DNA of 56,469 bases from Oscillospiraceae bacterium (GCA_045642545.1 JAZUJB010000096.1:1-56469); one strand, 5' to 3'; numbered from the stretch's first letter, positions 9,425 through 22,544 are shown. A program made the numbers and translations. Notes: generated by a model from the letters alone, not told the origin.

Positions 9425-9455
9425 TTAACTGTGTGGATTGTACTCATACAGTTAA
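9425..9455 (-). promoter_or_regulatory. Putative YtrA-type operator (inverted repeat) just downstream of the promoter
   Basis: TTAACTGT-N15-ACAGTTAA encloses TGTA-N4-TACA and overlaps the -10/TSS. Confidence 0.4.
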
Positions 9456-9482
9456 TATACACACTCACACACCGATTGTCAA
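9454..9482 (-). promoter_or_regulatory. Sigma-A promoter of the ytrA-ABC operon
   Basis: The minus strand reads TTGACA, 17 nt, TATATT. Confidence 0.6.
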
Positions 9483-9573
9483 CACCTTTTTTTCGAGGTT
9501 GCAAGTGGGGAATTTTGTGGTATAGTTAGATGTATAGTATAAAATAGGTAAATAGCGTCGAAAGGAATATATA

Positions 9574-10893
9574 ATGGATAATTCCAGAAATTTATTATAT
9601 GCAGAGAGACTTGCTGAGCTTATACGCACGGAGACAATTTCCGCCTACGGCGTGAAGAACGAGGCAAAGTTTGAGGTATTCCACAAGAAAATCTTCGAAA
9701 TGTTCCCCAATCTCTTTGCAGCGGCTGAAACCGAAAACTTTGACGGCAGCCTGCTTATCCGCTGGCGCGGCAAATCTGCCGAGCAGCCGATTATGCTGAT
9801 GAGCCACCACGATGTCGTTGAGGCCTCGGGCGAGTGGACGCACGATGCGTTCTCGGGCGAAATCTCCGATGGCAAGCTCTGGGGACGCGGCACGCTCGAT
9901 ACCAAGGGCAGCCTTTTTGCAATTCTGCAGGCAGCTGATGAGCTTGTTGCCGAGGGCTATGTTCCCGAGCGGGATATTTATATTGAATCAGCCTGCACCG
10001 AGGAGGTCGAGGGCACGGGCGCTGACGAGATAAGCAAGACTCTCGAGCAGCGCGGCATAAAGTTCTTTATGACTCTTGATGAGGGCGGCATGATGATGTA
10101 TGACCCCATCGGCGGTGCAGACGGCACCTTTGCAATGATAGGTGTCGGTGAAAAGGGTTGTGCAGACCTTAAATTCTGCGCACGCTCAGCAGGCGGACAT
10201 GCTTCGACTCCGGGCAAGAACACACCGCTTGTCAGACTCGGCAAGTTTATGGCTGCTGCTGAAAAGGCAAAAATTTTCGATGTTGAGATGTCGCCCGTCG
10301 TGCAGGAGATGCTCGAAAGACTTTCTCCCTATATGAAGGGTGCGCTCAAGCCGCTTCTTAAAAATGCGGGTAAGCTCAAAAAGCTTCTGTGCGCGGCAAT
10401 GCCGTCGGTATCGGCAACTGCGGGAGCAATGCTGAAAACCACACTTGCATTCACAATGGCAGGCGGCTCTGACGGCACGAATGTTCTGCCGCAGGAGGCT
10501 TATGTTGTAGGCAATATGCGCTTTTCCCACCATCAGGGCGGGGAGGACAGCATCAGAAAAATCTCCGAGCTTGCAAAGAAGTTTGACATTGATACCGAGA
10601 TACTCGACCCCGGCTTCGAATCTCCGATAAGCGATTATAACAGCGATGCGTTCAAGCTCGTTGAAAAGGCGGTCAAGGAGTTATTCCCCGATGTTGTGCC
10701 TCTGCCCTATATTATGACCGGCGCAAGCGACAGCCGTTACTTCTCACGCGTTTGCGATAACTGCATCCGCTTTGCTCCGTTTACAATCGATGAGCAGCAG
10801 CTTGAGAGTATTCACGGCATCGATGAAAATGTGGATATCGAGACCCTCGCACCTGCGGTGGATTTCTATAAGTATATAATCAGAGAGGTTTGA
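9574..10893 (+). CDS. M20-family metallopeptidase (carboxypeptidase/dipeptidase-like)
   Basis: M20 motifs: LMSHHDVVEA, GRGTLDTKGS, and the catalytic-Glu region TEEVEG. Confidence 0.8.
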   Translation: MDNSRNLLYAERLAELIRTETISAYGVKNEAKFEVFHKKIFEMFPNLFAAAETENFDGSLLIRWRGKSAEQPIMLMSHHDVVEASGEWTHDAFSGEISDGKLWGRGTLDTKGSLFAILQAADELVAEGYVPERDIYIESACTEEVEGTGADEISKTLEQRGIKFFMTLDEGGMMMYDPIGGADGTFAMIGVGEKGCADLKFCARSAGGHASTPGKNTPLVRLGKFMAAAEKAKIFDVEMSPVVQEMLERLSPYMKGALKPLLKNAGKLKKLLCAAMPSVSATAGAMLKTTLAFTMAGGSDGTNVLPQEAYVVGNMRFSHHQGGEDSIRKISELAKKFDIDTEILDPGFESPISDYNSDAFKLVEKAVKELFPDVVPLPYIMTGASDSRYFSRVCDNCIRFAPFTIDEQQLESIHGIDENVDIETLAPAVDFYKYIIREV

Positions 10894-10894
10894 T

Positions 10895-12307
10895 ATGGAT
10901 AAGACCAAAGAGAGCAAGGGACTGAATATCAGCGCAAAGTCGTTTGTTACTGCGATTATAGTAATATTTGTGCTGATGGTGCTTACCTATGTCCTGACAT
11001 TTGTAATTCCCGGTGGACACTATGACCGCGTTGCCAATGCCAACGGCGATATGATTATCGACACCGAAAGCGGCTTCAGCTATATTGACGGAGGCATACC
11101 GTTCTGGAAATGGATACTGTCCCCGATACTTGTCCTGACTGCGCCCGGCAGCGCAATGCTGCTTGCGGTTATTGCCTTTCTGCTTGTAGTCGGCGGTGTT
11201 TTCAACAGCCTTGAAAAGGGCGGCCTTATGAAGCATATGCTCAACCGCATAGTCTGCCGTTACGGCAATGCGCGCTATAAGCTTATGGCGGTGCTGACGC
11301 TGTTCTTTATGGCGATGGGCTCATTTATCGGCTCATTTGAGGAGTGCGTACCGCTTGTACCCATTGTTGTTGCAATTTCCATAAGCCTCGGCTGGGACGC
11401 AATAACGGGCGTTACGATGAGTATTCTTGCTGCGGGCTGCGGCTTTGCGGCAGGTGTGTGCAACCCGTTCACCATCGGTGTTGCGCAGGGCCTTGCGGGA
11501 CTTCCGATGTTCTCGGGCGCAGGTCTGCGCGCGGTTAACTTCGTGCTTATCTACGCGCTGCTTTTCGCATTTGTAAGAACGCACGCAAAGAAGGTTGAAA
11601 AGCCCGTTGCAATTGCTGATGAAAATCAGTACTGCGATGTAAATAAAAAGATGAGCCGCGGCCTTGCCTGCTTTGCGGCAATTCTCGGAACGGGAATAAT
11701 TCTTGTGTTCAGCTCAAGCGTAATTCCCGCACTGCAGGACTTCACGATGATAATCGTTGCGGTAATGTTCCTCGTTGCAGGCGTTGTATCAACGCTTGTG
11801 TCTGGTATGAGTGTCAAGGAGCTCGGCAAAACCTTCTGGAACGGCCTTGTTAGCATTCTGCCCGCGGTTATCATGATTCTGATGGCATCCTCAATTAAGT
11901 ACACTCTTGAGGAGGCAAGTGTTCTCGACACTCTGCTCCACTCGGCGGTAAACATTGCAAGCACTCTGCCTAAGTGGGTTGTAATTCTGTTTATCTACCT
12001 GCTCGTTTTGGTGCTGAACTTCTTCATAGCCTCGGGTTCTGCAAAGGCATTCCTGCTCATTCCGCTGATTGCCCCCGTTGCTCAGGTGTTCGGAATTCCC
12101 GCACAGCTTTGCATCATGGCATATGCCTTCGGCGACGGCTTCTCAAATGTTTTTTACCCGACAAATCCCGTGCTTCTTATAAGCCTCGGACTTGCGGATG
12201 TCAGCTACGGCGACTGGGCAAAGCGGACATGGAAGTTCCAGCTTACAAACCTTGTGCTTACAAGCGGAATGCTTCTGTTCGGCCTTGCAATCGGCTACGG
12301 CCTATAA
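10895..12307 (+). CDS. YfcC-family (DcuC/C4-dicarboxylate anaerobic carrier superfamily) membrane transporter
   Basis: About 12 TM helices and a YfcC-like N-terminus. It follows the M20 peptidase stop after 1 nt, which suggests co-expression (substrate uptake plus hydrolysis). Confidence 0.7.
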   Translation: MDKTKESKGLNISAKSFVTAIIVIFVLMVLTYVLTFVIPGGHYDRVANANGDMIIDTESGFSYIDGGIPFWKWILSPILVLTAPGSAMLLAVIAFLLVVGGVFNSLEKGGLMKHMLNRIVCRYGNARYKLMAVLTLFFMAMGSFIGSFEECVPLVPIVVAISISLGWDAITGVTMSILAAGCGFAAGVCNPFTIGVAQGLAGLPMFSGAGLRAVNFVLIYALLFAFVRTHAKKVEKPVAIADENQYCDVNKKMSRGLACFAAILGTGIILVFSSSVIPALQDFTMIIVAVMFLVAGVVSTLVSGMSVKELGKTFWNGLVSILPAVIMILMASSIKYTLEEASVLDTLLHSAVNIASTLPKWVVILFIYLLVLVLNFFIASGSAKAFLLIPLIAPVAQVFGIPAQLCIMAYAFGDGFSNVFYPTNPVLLISLGLADVSYGDWAKRTWKFQLTNLVLTSGMLLFGLAIGYGL

Positions 12308-12317
12308 AGCTTCGGAC

Positions 12318-12361
12318 AATACCGATATGTACGCTAAATGTGTGCATATCGGTATTTTTTT
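12318..12361 (+). terminator. Intrinsic terminator
   Basis: Stem AATACCGATATG/CATATCGGTATT followed by T7. Confidence 0.8.
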
Positions 12362-12430
12362 CGTTGCATTATTAATTGAAAAATGATAAAATACAATGTC
12401 TAATTATATATAATAGGATTGGTATATCAT

Positions 12431-13291
12431 ATGTGGCTTTCTGATAAATGGCAGGATTTTGAGCTTCTTGACTGCTCAAAGGGAGAAAAGCTTGAAAGAT
12501 GGGGCAGCTTCTATCTTGTGCGCCCCGACCCTCAGGCAATATGGGACACTCCGCGCGAGGATGAACGCTGGAATTGCCGCGATGCACGCTATCGCCGCAG
12601 CGAAACCGGCGGCGGCTCGTGGGATAAAGGCGGTCTGCCCGCAAGCTGGAAGATAAATTACGGCGAGCTCACCTTTAATGTCAAGCCGATGAACTTCAAG
12701 CACACGGGGCTGTTTCCCGAGCAGGCCTGCAACTGGGACTTTGCAATGGACAAAATCCGCAAGGCAGGCAGACCCATCAATGTGCTCAATCTCTTCGCCT
12801 ACACGGGCGCGGCAACCATTGCCTGCGCAAAGGCAGGCGCAAGCGTGTGCCATGTCGATGCAGCAAAGGGCATGGTATCGTGGGCAAAGGAAAATGCAGC
12901 AGCCTCGGGACTTTCCGATGCGCCCATCCGCTGGATAGTCGATGACTGCGCAAAGTTTGTCGAGCGCGAAATTCGCCGCGGCAGAAAATATGATGCAATT
13001 ATCATGGACCCGCCCTCATACGGCAGAGGTCCCGGCGGCGAGATTTGGAAGCTTGAGCAGAATCTGTGGCCCTTTGTGTCGCTGTGCGCAGGTGTCCTGT
13101 CCGATGACCCGCTGTTTGTCATCATCAATTCATATACAACCGGCTTGTCCCCGTCCGTGCTTTCGTATGTAACCGAGAGCATATTCACCAAAAAGTTCGG
13201 AGGACATTCCGACAGCCGCGAGCTCGGTCTGCCTGTAACTGACAGCGGACTTGTACTGCCTTGCGGAGCAACCTGCCGTTGGGAGAAATAA
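12431..13291 (+). CDS. Class I SAM-dependent methyltransferase (RlmI/PF10672-like)
   Basis: Rossmann SAM motif (VLNLFAYTGAATIA) and DPPSYGRG, typical of this methyltransferase group. The ATG is at 12431. The ORF track starts at TTG 12419. Confidence 0.7.
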   Translation: MWLSDKWQDFELLDCSKGEKLERWGSFYLVRPDPQAIWDTPREDERWNCRDARYRRSETGGGSWDKGGLPASWKINYGELTFNVKPMNFKHTGLFPEQACNWDFAMDKIRKAGRPINVLNLFAYTGAATIACAKAGASVCHVDAAKGMVSWAKENAAASGLSDAPIRWIVDDCAKFVEREIRRGRKYDAIIMDPPSYGRGPGGEIWKLEQNLWPFVSLCAGVLSDDPLFVIINSYTTGLSPSVLSYVTESIFTKKFGGHSDSRELGLPVTDSGLVLPCGATCRWEK

Positions 13292-13296
13292 AACGA

Positions 13297-14130
13297 ATGA
13301 GTTCAGTCATTGAAATAGAAAATCTGCACTACACCTACCCCGGCTATGATTTTGAGAGCCTTTGCGGTGTGAGCCTTGAGATTGAGCGCGGCAGCTTTGT
13401 TGCGGTGCTCGGTCATAACGGCTCGGGCAAGTCAACGCTTGCAAAGCACCTGAATGCAATTCTGCTGCCCACCGAGGGTGCGGTCAGAATAAACGGCATA
13501 GACACTGCCGATGAGGAGAAATTAATAGATATCCGCCGCACTGTCGGTATGGTTTTCCAGAATCCCGACAATCAGATTGTTGCGAATGTTGTTGAGGACG
13601 ATGTTGCGTTTGCACCCGAAAATCTCGGTGTGCCGTCTGCGGAGATACGCGAGAGAGTGGATAATGCGCTCAAGACGGTTGATATGTACGAGTTCCGTAT
13701 GCACGCACCGCATCTGCTTTCGGGCGGACAGAAGCAGCGAGTTGCCATTGCGGGCGTTATCGCAATGCAGCCCGAGGTCATAGTCCTTGACGAGCCTACC
13801 GCAATGCTCGACCCCAAGGGTCGCCGCGAGGTAATCGATACCGTTACGAAGCTTTGCCGCGAAAAGGGCATAACCATCGTGCTCATCACACACCATATGT
13901 CGGAATGCATAGGCGCAGACCGTGTCGTTGTTATGTCTAACGGCCGTGTTGTTGCCGACGGAACGCCGCAGAGCGTGTTCTCTCAGGTTGAGCTTATGCG
14001 CAGCGTGGGACTGACCGTTCCGACAACAACGGAGCTGCTTTATGAGCTTAATAAAAACGGCTATAGCCTCAGACTTGATGCACTGAGCATCGAAGATTGC
14101 GCAAAGGAAATTGCAAAGGAAATAGGATAA
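13297..14130 (+). CDS. ecfA1: Energy-coupling factor transporter ATPase EcfA1
   Basis: Walker A GHNGSGKST, LSGGQKQRVAIAGV, and VLDEPTAMLD. The ecfA1-ecfA2-ecfT-truA order matches Bacillus. The start at 13297 (MSSVIEI) has GGGAGA upstream. Confidence 0.9.
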   Translation: MSSVIEIENLHYTYPGYDFESLCGVSLEIERGSFVAVLGHNGSGKSTLAKHLNAILLPTEGAVRINGIDTADEEKLIDIRRTVGMVFQNPDNQIVANVVEDDVAFAPENLGVPSAEIRERVDNALKTVDMYEFRMHAPHLLSGGQKQRVAIAGVIAMQPEVIVLDEPTAMLDPKGRREVIDTVTKLCREKGITIVLITHHMSECIGADRVVVMSNGRVVADGTPQSVFSQVELMRSVGLTVPTTTELLYELNKNGYSLRLDALSIEDCAKEIAKEIG

Positions 14131-14136
14131 GCTAAT

Positions 14137-14994
14137 ATGTCAGATATAAAAGTGAGCGGTCTGCGCCATGTTTACAGTGCGGACACGCCCTTTGAAAAGG
14201 TCGCAATTGACGACATAAATATAGAGATACCGCACGGTCAGTTCGTGGGACTTATCGGCCACACGGGCTCGGGCAAGTCTACCTTTATTCAGCACCTTAA
14301 CGGACTTCTGAAGCCCTCGGCAGGTACGATTACGGTTGACGGCGAGGATATAAACTCAAGCAAGCTCGCGTCAAAGAATGTAAGACACAAGGTCGGCCTT
14401 GTTTTCCAGTACCCCGAGTATCAGCTGTTCGAGGAAACCGTCTATGCGGATATCGCATTCGGCCCGAAGAATATGAAGCTGACCGAGGAGGAAATTGACG
14501 AGCGCGTGCGCGAGGCGGCAGGCTTCGTAGGTGTGCCCGAGGAGCAGTTTGACAAATCTCCGCTCGAGTTATCCGGCGGTCAGAAACGCAGAGTAGCAAT
14601 CGCGGGCGTAATCGCAATGCGTCCGGGCGTGCTCATTCTCGATGAGCCCACTGCAGGTCTTGACCCCGCAGGCTGCGAGCAGATTTTGCAGAATATCTGC
14701 GATTACCGCGAAAAGACCGGCTCAACCGTCATTATCGTCAGCCACAGCATGGACGATGTTGCGCGAATTGCTGACAGGCTCGTCGTGTTCAACCGCGGCA
14801 GCATTCGCTTTGACGGCACTCCCGAGGATGTATTCTCCAAGCCCGAGGAGCTTAATGCCATCGGACTTGCAGTACCCGCACCCACTCAGCTTGCAATGGA
14901 GCTTAAGCGCTGCGGAGTTGAGCTTTCGGGCTCAATCTACACAAATGAGCAGCTTCTCGATGCCCTTTTGAAGCTCGGAAGGAGGGCAAAGTAA
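14137..14994 (+). CDS. ecfA2: Energy-coupling factor transporter ATPase EcfA2
   Basis: Walker A GHTGSGKST, LSGGQKRRVAIAGV, and ILDEPTAGLD. Confidence 0.9.
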   Translation: MSDIKVSGLRHVYSADTPFEKVAIDDINIEIPHGQFVGLIGHTGSGKSTFIQHLNGLLKPSAGTITVDGEDINSSKLASKNVRHKVGLVFQYPEYQLFEETVYADIAFGPKNMKLTEEEIDERVREAAGFVGVPEEQFDKSPLELSGGQKRRVAIAGVIAMRPGVLILDEPTAGLDPAGCEQILQNICDYREKTGSTVIIVSHSMDDVARIADRLVVFNRGSIRFDGTPEDVFSKPEELNAIGLAVPAPTQLAMELKRCGVELSGSIYTNEQLLDALLKLGRRAK

Positions 14995-15791
14995 TGCTTA
15001 AAGATATTACCTTAGGCCAGTACTTCCCGGGCAACACCGTTGCTCACCGCTTAGACCCCAGAACAAAGCTTCTGCTTGTCATTATGTACATTGTCGGTCT
15101 GTTCAATGCGTATGGCTGGTACAGCTACGCATTCGTGCTCGTGATAACCGCACTGTGTATGTTCATATCTAAAATTAAGCCCGGCACTGCACTCAAGGGA
15201 CTCAAGCCCATTATATTCATCATAGTGCTGACCGCACTGCTGAATATATTCTATACCACGGGTACTCCGATTTTCGAGGGCAGCCGCATAACATGGGAGG
15301 GCATAGCAAAGGCCGTCATGATGTCCGTGAGAATTATTCTCCTTATCATCGGAACCTTCCTGCTGACCTATACCACAAGCCCCATTGCACTCACCGACGG
15401 ACTTGAAAGCCTGCTCAATCCTCTTAAGAAAATCAAGGTACCCGTCCACGAGATGGCAATGATGATGAGCATGGCACTGCGCTTTATTCCCACTCTTATT
15501 GAGGAAACGGACAAGATTATGTCTGCACAGAAGGCAAGAGGCGCAGACTTTGAAACGGGCAGCCTTATGAAGCGGGCAAAGGCACTTCTGCCCATACTTG
15601 TACCTTTGTTCGTGTCATCTTTCCGCCGCGCAGATGAGCTTGCGGTTGCAATGGAAAGCCGCTGCTATCACGGCGGAAACGGCAGAACAAGAATGAAGCA
15701 GCTTAAGATGCAGGGAATTGATGTCTGGGCACTGCTTTTCGGCGCAGCATTCCTTGCCGCAATATTTGTAATGAAAAAATACGGATTGTAA
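14994..15791 (+). CDS. ecfT: Energy-coupling factor transporter transmembrane subunit EcfT
   Basis: CbiQ-family polytopic membrane protein with the conserved ARG (QKARGADF) coupling motif. It overlaps the ecfA2 stop. Confidence 0.88.
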   Translation: MLKDITLGQYFPGNTVAHRLDPRTKLLLVIMYIVGLFNAYGWYSYAFVLVITALCMFISKIKPGTALKGLKPIIFIIVLTALLNIFYTTGTPIFEGSRITWEGIAKAVMMSVRIILLIIGTFLLTYTTSPIALTDGLESLLNPLKKIKVPVHEMAMMMSMALRFIPTLIEETDKIMSAQKARGADFETGSLMKRAKALLPILVPLFVSSFRRADELAVAMESRCYHGGNGRTRMKQLKMQGIDVWALLFGAAFLAAIFVMKKYGL

Positions 15792-15794
15792 GCT

Positions 15795-16568
15795 ATGAGA
15801 AATATCGCACTGAAAATCAGATACGACGGCAGCCGCTATCACGGCTGGCAGGTGCAGAAAACGGATGTTTCCGTGTGTCAGACCGTTCAGGAGGCGCTGA
15901 CGAAAATCTGCGAGCACCCTGTCAAGCTGACGGGCTGCGGACGCACAGATGCGGGAGTACATGCACTCAACTACTGCGCAAATTTCCGCACCGACTGCCG
16001 CATACCCATTGACCGCTTTGCGCTTGCGGCAAATTCGCGCCTGCCCGATGATATTGCGGTGCTTGATGCTGTTGAGGTCGATGATAATTTCAATGCAATA
16101 TCCTCCTGCATAAAAAAAGAATATATCTATAAAATCCATAACAGTAATATCCGCGACCCGTTCCTTGAAAAACGCGCGTGCTTTTATCCGCAGGAGCTGA
16201 ATATGGAGCTTATGCAGCGCGCGGCAAAGGCCTTTGAGGGCACGCACGATTTCGCCGCGGTGCGCTCACTCGGTACCGAAACAAAGACCACCGTGCGAAC
16301 GGTTTACTGGTGCAAGGCCGAAAAAGAGGGCGACCTCATAACAATTTCCATCTGCGCAGACGGTTTTCTCTACAATATGTGCAGGGCAATGGTTGGTACA
16401 ATGGTATACGCATCCTACGGCAAAATTCTGCCCGAGGATATTCCGCAGTTGCTGGAGATAGGTGACCGCAGACTGACGGGACCGACGATGCCTCCGCAGG
16501 GACTGTATCTCAACCGTGTATGGTATGACGGCCCTGCAGGCGAAATGATGATAAGGGATTGCCAATGA
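15795..16568 (+). CDS. truA: tRNA pseudouridine(38-40) synthase TruA
   Basis: Motifs YDGSRYHGWQVQ and GCGRTDAGVHA (catalytic Asp). Confidence 0.92.
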   Translation: MRNIALKIRYDGSRYHGWQVQKTDVSVCQTVQEALTKICEHPVKLTGCGRTDAGVHALNYCANFRTDCRIPIDRFALAANSRLPDDIAVLDAVEVDDNFNAISSCIKKEYIYKIHNSNIRDPFLEKRACFYPQELNMELMQRAAKAFEGTHDFAAVRSLGTETKTTVRTVYWCKAEKEGDLITISICADGFLYNMCRAMVGTMVYASYGKILPEDIPQLLEIGDRRLTGPTMPPQGLYLNRVWYDGPAGEMMIRDCQ

Positions 16569-17581
16569 AGAAAAAACTCTGTTTTATTCTACTTGCGATG
16601 TGCATACTTCTTTCTGCCTGCACATCGGTAAAAAAGGTTGAAAGCTACAAAATCGGAACGGGTGCGCATCAGTGCTTCGCAGTAATAGGGGACAGTCTTA
16701 TGACTGCAAGCGAAACTGCCGAACGCGTTTTTGGCGTAAACGGCGAAGATAAGATTGGAAAATCGCTCGATATGAAATACCCTGCAATCAGCGAAAGTGC
16801 TGATAATGCAGTGGTTTTCGACATCGGAGGAACTTCGCTGAGCTTCTTTGACGGCAGCGCCCTTGAGAGCAAAAATGTAATAATCAATGCCGCCTTAAGC
16901 GACAGCGGCTACCTTGCCGTATGCACCGAGGAGGCAGGGTATAAGGGCAGCGTAACCGTATATTCAGCGGAAAAATCCGAGGTTTATAAGTGGTATTCTG
17001 CCGATAACTGGCTTCTGAAGGCTGAGGTTTCACCTGACGGTAAGACGCTTGCTGTGTTATGTTCGGGCGAAGACGGCGGCAGCGTGCACATATTCGCACT
17101 CAGCGGCACGGAAGAAATCGGCTCATTCACGGCAGGCGGTGCGGTGTTCAGCGATATGCACTGGCTCGGAAACGAAATCTGCTGTGTTGCCGATGATATG
17201 CTGTGCTTCTGCAATGCCGAGGGCAAGGCAGCCGATGAGTATTCCTTTGGCGGTCAGAATCTCGGCAGCTACGCATTCTGCGGCGATGAAATAGTAATTG
17301 AGCTTCGCACTCACAGCTTCGGCGGAGCGGGTACACTGATTGCGGTCGGTGCTGACGCAAAGGAGTGCGGCAGAGCAACACCCGGTGCTGAGGTCGAGAG
17401 CTTTGACTGGTCGGACGGTAAGCTGCTCACAGTATGTCAAGGTAAGCTGCTATGCTATGACGGCAATCTTAAGCTTCTCGGCACCTGCGAGGTAAGCGGC
17501 TGCGAGGCAGCCTTCCTGCGCACAGACGATATTCTTGTCATATCCGCAGGCGAAGCAAAAGTTGCGCAGCTTGACAAGTAA
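16565..17581 (+). CDS. Predicted lipoprotein, beta-propeller-like, unknown function
   Basis: Signal peptide plus lipobox (LLSAC). The start ATG overlaps the truA stop (ATGA). The sequence is repetitive and beta-rich. Confidence 0.6.
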   Translation: MKKKLCFILLAMCILLSACTSVKKVESYKIGTGAHQCFAVIGDSLMTASETAERVFGVNGEDKIGKSLDMKYPAISESADNAVVFDIGGTSLSFFDGSALESKNVIINAALSDSGYLAVCTEEAGYKGSVTVYSAEKSEVYKWYSADNWLLKAEVSPDGKTLAVLCSGEDGGSVHIFALSGTEEIGSFTAGGAVFSDMHWLGNEICCVADDMLCFCNAEGKAADEYSFGGQNLGSYAFCGDEIVIELRTHSFGGAGTLIAVGADAKECGRATPGAEVESFDWSDGKLLTVCQGKLLCYDGNLKLLGTCEVSGCEAAFLRTDDILVISAGEAKVAQLDK

Positions 17582-17674
17582 GAGTAATTGAAAAAGCCTT
17601 TTTGGCAATAATCTTTTAACAGGCATTTGTAACGGCACGGTTATTGCACCGACCGTTTGAAAAGGGGGATAAAC

Positions 17675-20013
<2,339 letters not shown>

Positions 20014-20017
<4 letters not shown>

Positions 20018-21042
20018 TAAGATTTGAAAGCGATTATCTCGAGGGTGCGCTGCCCGTTATAATGCAGCGCCTTACCGAGACTAACTACGAGCAGACAGCA
20101 GGCTACGGCAATGACCCGTACTGCGAGTCGGCGCGCGAAAAGATAAAGACCGAGTGTGCCGCACCCGATGCAGATGTGCATTTTCTCGTAGGCGGCACGC
20201 AGACCAACACAATCGTAATTGCGGCGGCACTTCGTCCCCATCAGGGCGTGCTTGCTGCGGAAACGGCCCACATCGAGGCTCACGAGACGGGTGCAATCGA
20301 AGCTGCCGGCCACAAGGTTATAACCCTTGCAAGCGCTGACGGCAAGATAAACGCCGCGCAGGTCGAGGACTATGTGCTTAAGCACCGTGCAGATGAGTCG
20401 TTTGAGCATATTGTTCAGCCTGCAATGGTATATATCTCTCAGCCCACCGAAACGGGCACGGTGTATTCCATTGACGAAATGCAGGCTATTTCCGATACCT
20501 GCCGCAGACTCGGAATACTGCTGTTTGTAGACGGCGCAAGACTTTCCTGCGCGCTTGCCTGCGAGGGCACACCCGCACTTGCCGACCTTGCAAGACTCAG
20601 CGATGTGTTCTACATCGGCGGCACAAAGCACGGCGCACTCTTCGGCGAGGCAGTTGTAATTACAAACGATGCAATAAAGAAGGACTTCCGCTATATCATC
20701 AAGCAGCGCGGCGGTATGTTCGCAAAGGGCAGACTCCTCGGGCTGCAGTTTGACACCTTCTTCACCGACGGCCTTTACTACAAGGTCGGACGGTACGAGG
20801 TGCTGCTTGCAAAGAAGCTGCGCGAGGCCTTTGAGAAAAAGGGCATCGAATTTGGCTACGCATCACCTACAAATCAGCTGTTTCCGATACTCAGCGATGA
20901 GCAGATTGCAAAGCTGTCGGAGAACTACTCCTTTTCAATCCAGCATAAGGTGGAAAACGGCACGGTAACGCGCTTCTGCACAAGCTGGGCAAGCAGCAAA
21001 GAGGATTTGGACAGGCTTATTGAAGACATTGAGAGGCTGTAA
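20014..21042 (+). CDS. Threonine aldolase-like PLP enzyme (beta-eliminating lyase family)
   Basis: Fold-type I PLP pattern (FLVGGTQTN..., GGTKHG lysine). The ATGA overlaps the clp stop. Confidence 0.6.
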
Positions 21043-21045
21043 GCG

Positions 21046-21561
21046 ATGAAAGAAAGAATAGAAATTATCCGCGGAGATATAACAAAGCAGGCGGTTGATG
21101 CTATCGTAAACGCGGCAAACTGCTCACTTTTGGGCGGCGGCGGAGTTGATGGCGCAATACACAGAGCAGCAGGCCCTGAGCTGCTTGCCGAGTGCCGCAC
21201 CTTAAACGGCTGCAAAACGGGCGAGGCAAAGATAACAAAGGGCTATAAGCTGCCCGCAAAATTCGTTATCCACACCCCCGGTCCCGTATGGCACGGCGGT
21301 GCAAAGAACGAGCCTACACTGCTTAAATCCTGCTACCGCTCCTGCCTTGAGCTTGCAAGCGAAAACGGCTGCAGGACAGTTGACTTCCCCTCAATTTCAA
21401 CGGGCGTGTACCATTTCCCGCTTGAGAAGGCATCTGAAATCGCAATCAAAGCGATTGCCGAGTACCTTTTTGAGCATCCCGAAATTGAGCGCGTGCGTAT
21501 GGTCTGCTTTGATGACCGCACAAAGAAGTACTACGAGGACGCATTGGAGAGCCTGAAATGA
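21046..21561 (+). CDS. ymdB: Macro-domain O-acetyl-ADP-ribose deacetylase (YmdB-like)
   Basis: Motif [34 protein letters not shown]. Confidence 0.88.
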   Translation: MKERIEIIRGDITKQAVDAIVNAANCSLLGGGGVDGAIHRAAGPELLAECRTLNGCKTGEAKITKGYKLPAKFVIHTPGPVWHGGAKNEPTLLKSCYRSCLELASENGCRTVDFPSISTGVYHFPLEKASEIAIKAIAEYLFEHPEIERVRMVCFDDRTKKYYEDALESLK

Positions 21562-22118
21562 AAAGATTATTCCGACTGCAATACAATTCGCCCGTGGTGC
21601 TGACCTTTGCACTTATTTCACTGGGCGCACTGTGGCTGGGCAAGGTGACCGACGGTTGGACAACCACCTATCTGTTCAGCGTATGGCACTCATCACTCGC
21701 GGACATTCTTACATATCCCCGATTTTTCCTGCATGTTCTCGGCCATACCGATTACAGCCATTACATAGCAAATATGATGATGATACTGGTCGTCGGCCCC
21801 GGTCTTGAGGAGAAATACGGCAGCCGCAAGCTGCTCGGCGCAATAGTAATTACCGCGCTTGTGTCGGGACTCGTGCATTGGTTTCTTTTCCCCGGAACAA
21901 TGCTTCTCGGCGCTTCGGGTATTGTGTTTATGATGATTGTCATGGCATCGCTCGCGGGTATGCGCGACGGATATATTCCCATCACGCTTATACTCGTGCT
22001 TGTGCTTTACCTCGGCAACGAGATAGTTGACGGCGTTGTTCTCAGCGACAATGTATCTCAGCTGACTCATATAATCGGCGGCATCTGCGGCGCTGTACTG
22101 GGGCTTAGAAGACGATGA
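21558..22118 (+). CDS. Rhomboid-family intramembrane serine protease
   Basis: Six TM helices, the GASG catalytic-Ser motif (LLGASGIVF), and a His in the last helix (HIIGGICG). Confidence 0.75.
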   Translation: MKRLFRLQYNSPVVLTFALISLGALWLGKVTDGWTTTYLFSVWHSSLADILTYPRFFLHVLGHTDYSHYIANMMMILVVGPGLEEKYGSRKLLGAIVITALVSGLVHWFLFPGTMLLGASGIVFMMIVMASLAGMRDGYIPITLILVLVLYLGNEIVDGVVLSDNVSQLTHIIGGICGAVLGLRRR

Positions 22119-22543
22119 AAAAGAAAGCGATTATTTCAGCCTGCCTTTTGGGCGTGAATTGCAAATATGACGGCGGCAGCAATTGCCTCAGCGAAGAAAA
22201 GCTTGCGAAGCTTAAGAATGAGTATGAGCTCATTCCCGTCTGCCCCGAGGCATACGGCGGACTTACAACCCCGAGAACTCCGTCGGAAAGACAGGGGGAC
22301 ACCGTGGTTTCAAAGCTCGGTGTTGATGTAACTGCAGAGTTTGAACGCGGCGCGCAGGCAGCCTTGTATATTGCACAGCTGTTAGGCGCGGAGCTTGCGA
22401 TTCTTAAGGAAAACAGCCCCTCCTGCGGAAGCGGCACGATATATGACGGCAGCTTCAGCGGCACTCTCACCGAGGGCGACGGCGTAACCGCACAGCTATT
22501 CAAAAAACACGGCATTACCGTTATAGGCGAAAGCAAAATATAA
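22115..22543 (+). CDS. DUF523 (TudS-like 2-thiouracil desulfurase family) protein
   Basis: Motifs SACLLGVNCKYDG and NSPSCG (Cys ligands). Confidence 0.7.
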   Translation: MKKKAIISACLLGVNCKYDGGSNCLSEEKLAKLKNEYELIPVCPEAYGGLTTPRTPSERQGDTVVSKLGVDVTAEFERGAQAALYIAQLLGAELAILKENSPSCGSGTIYDGSFSGTLTEGDGVTAQLFKKHGITVIGESKI

Positions 22544-22544
22544 A

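Noticed and set aside
17582-17674. CtsR operator upstream of the ClpC-like gene.
   Set aside because: No GGTCAAA direct repeat, or its complement, is present in the spacer.
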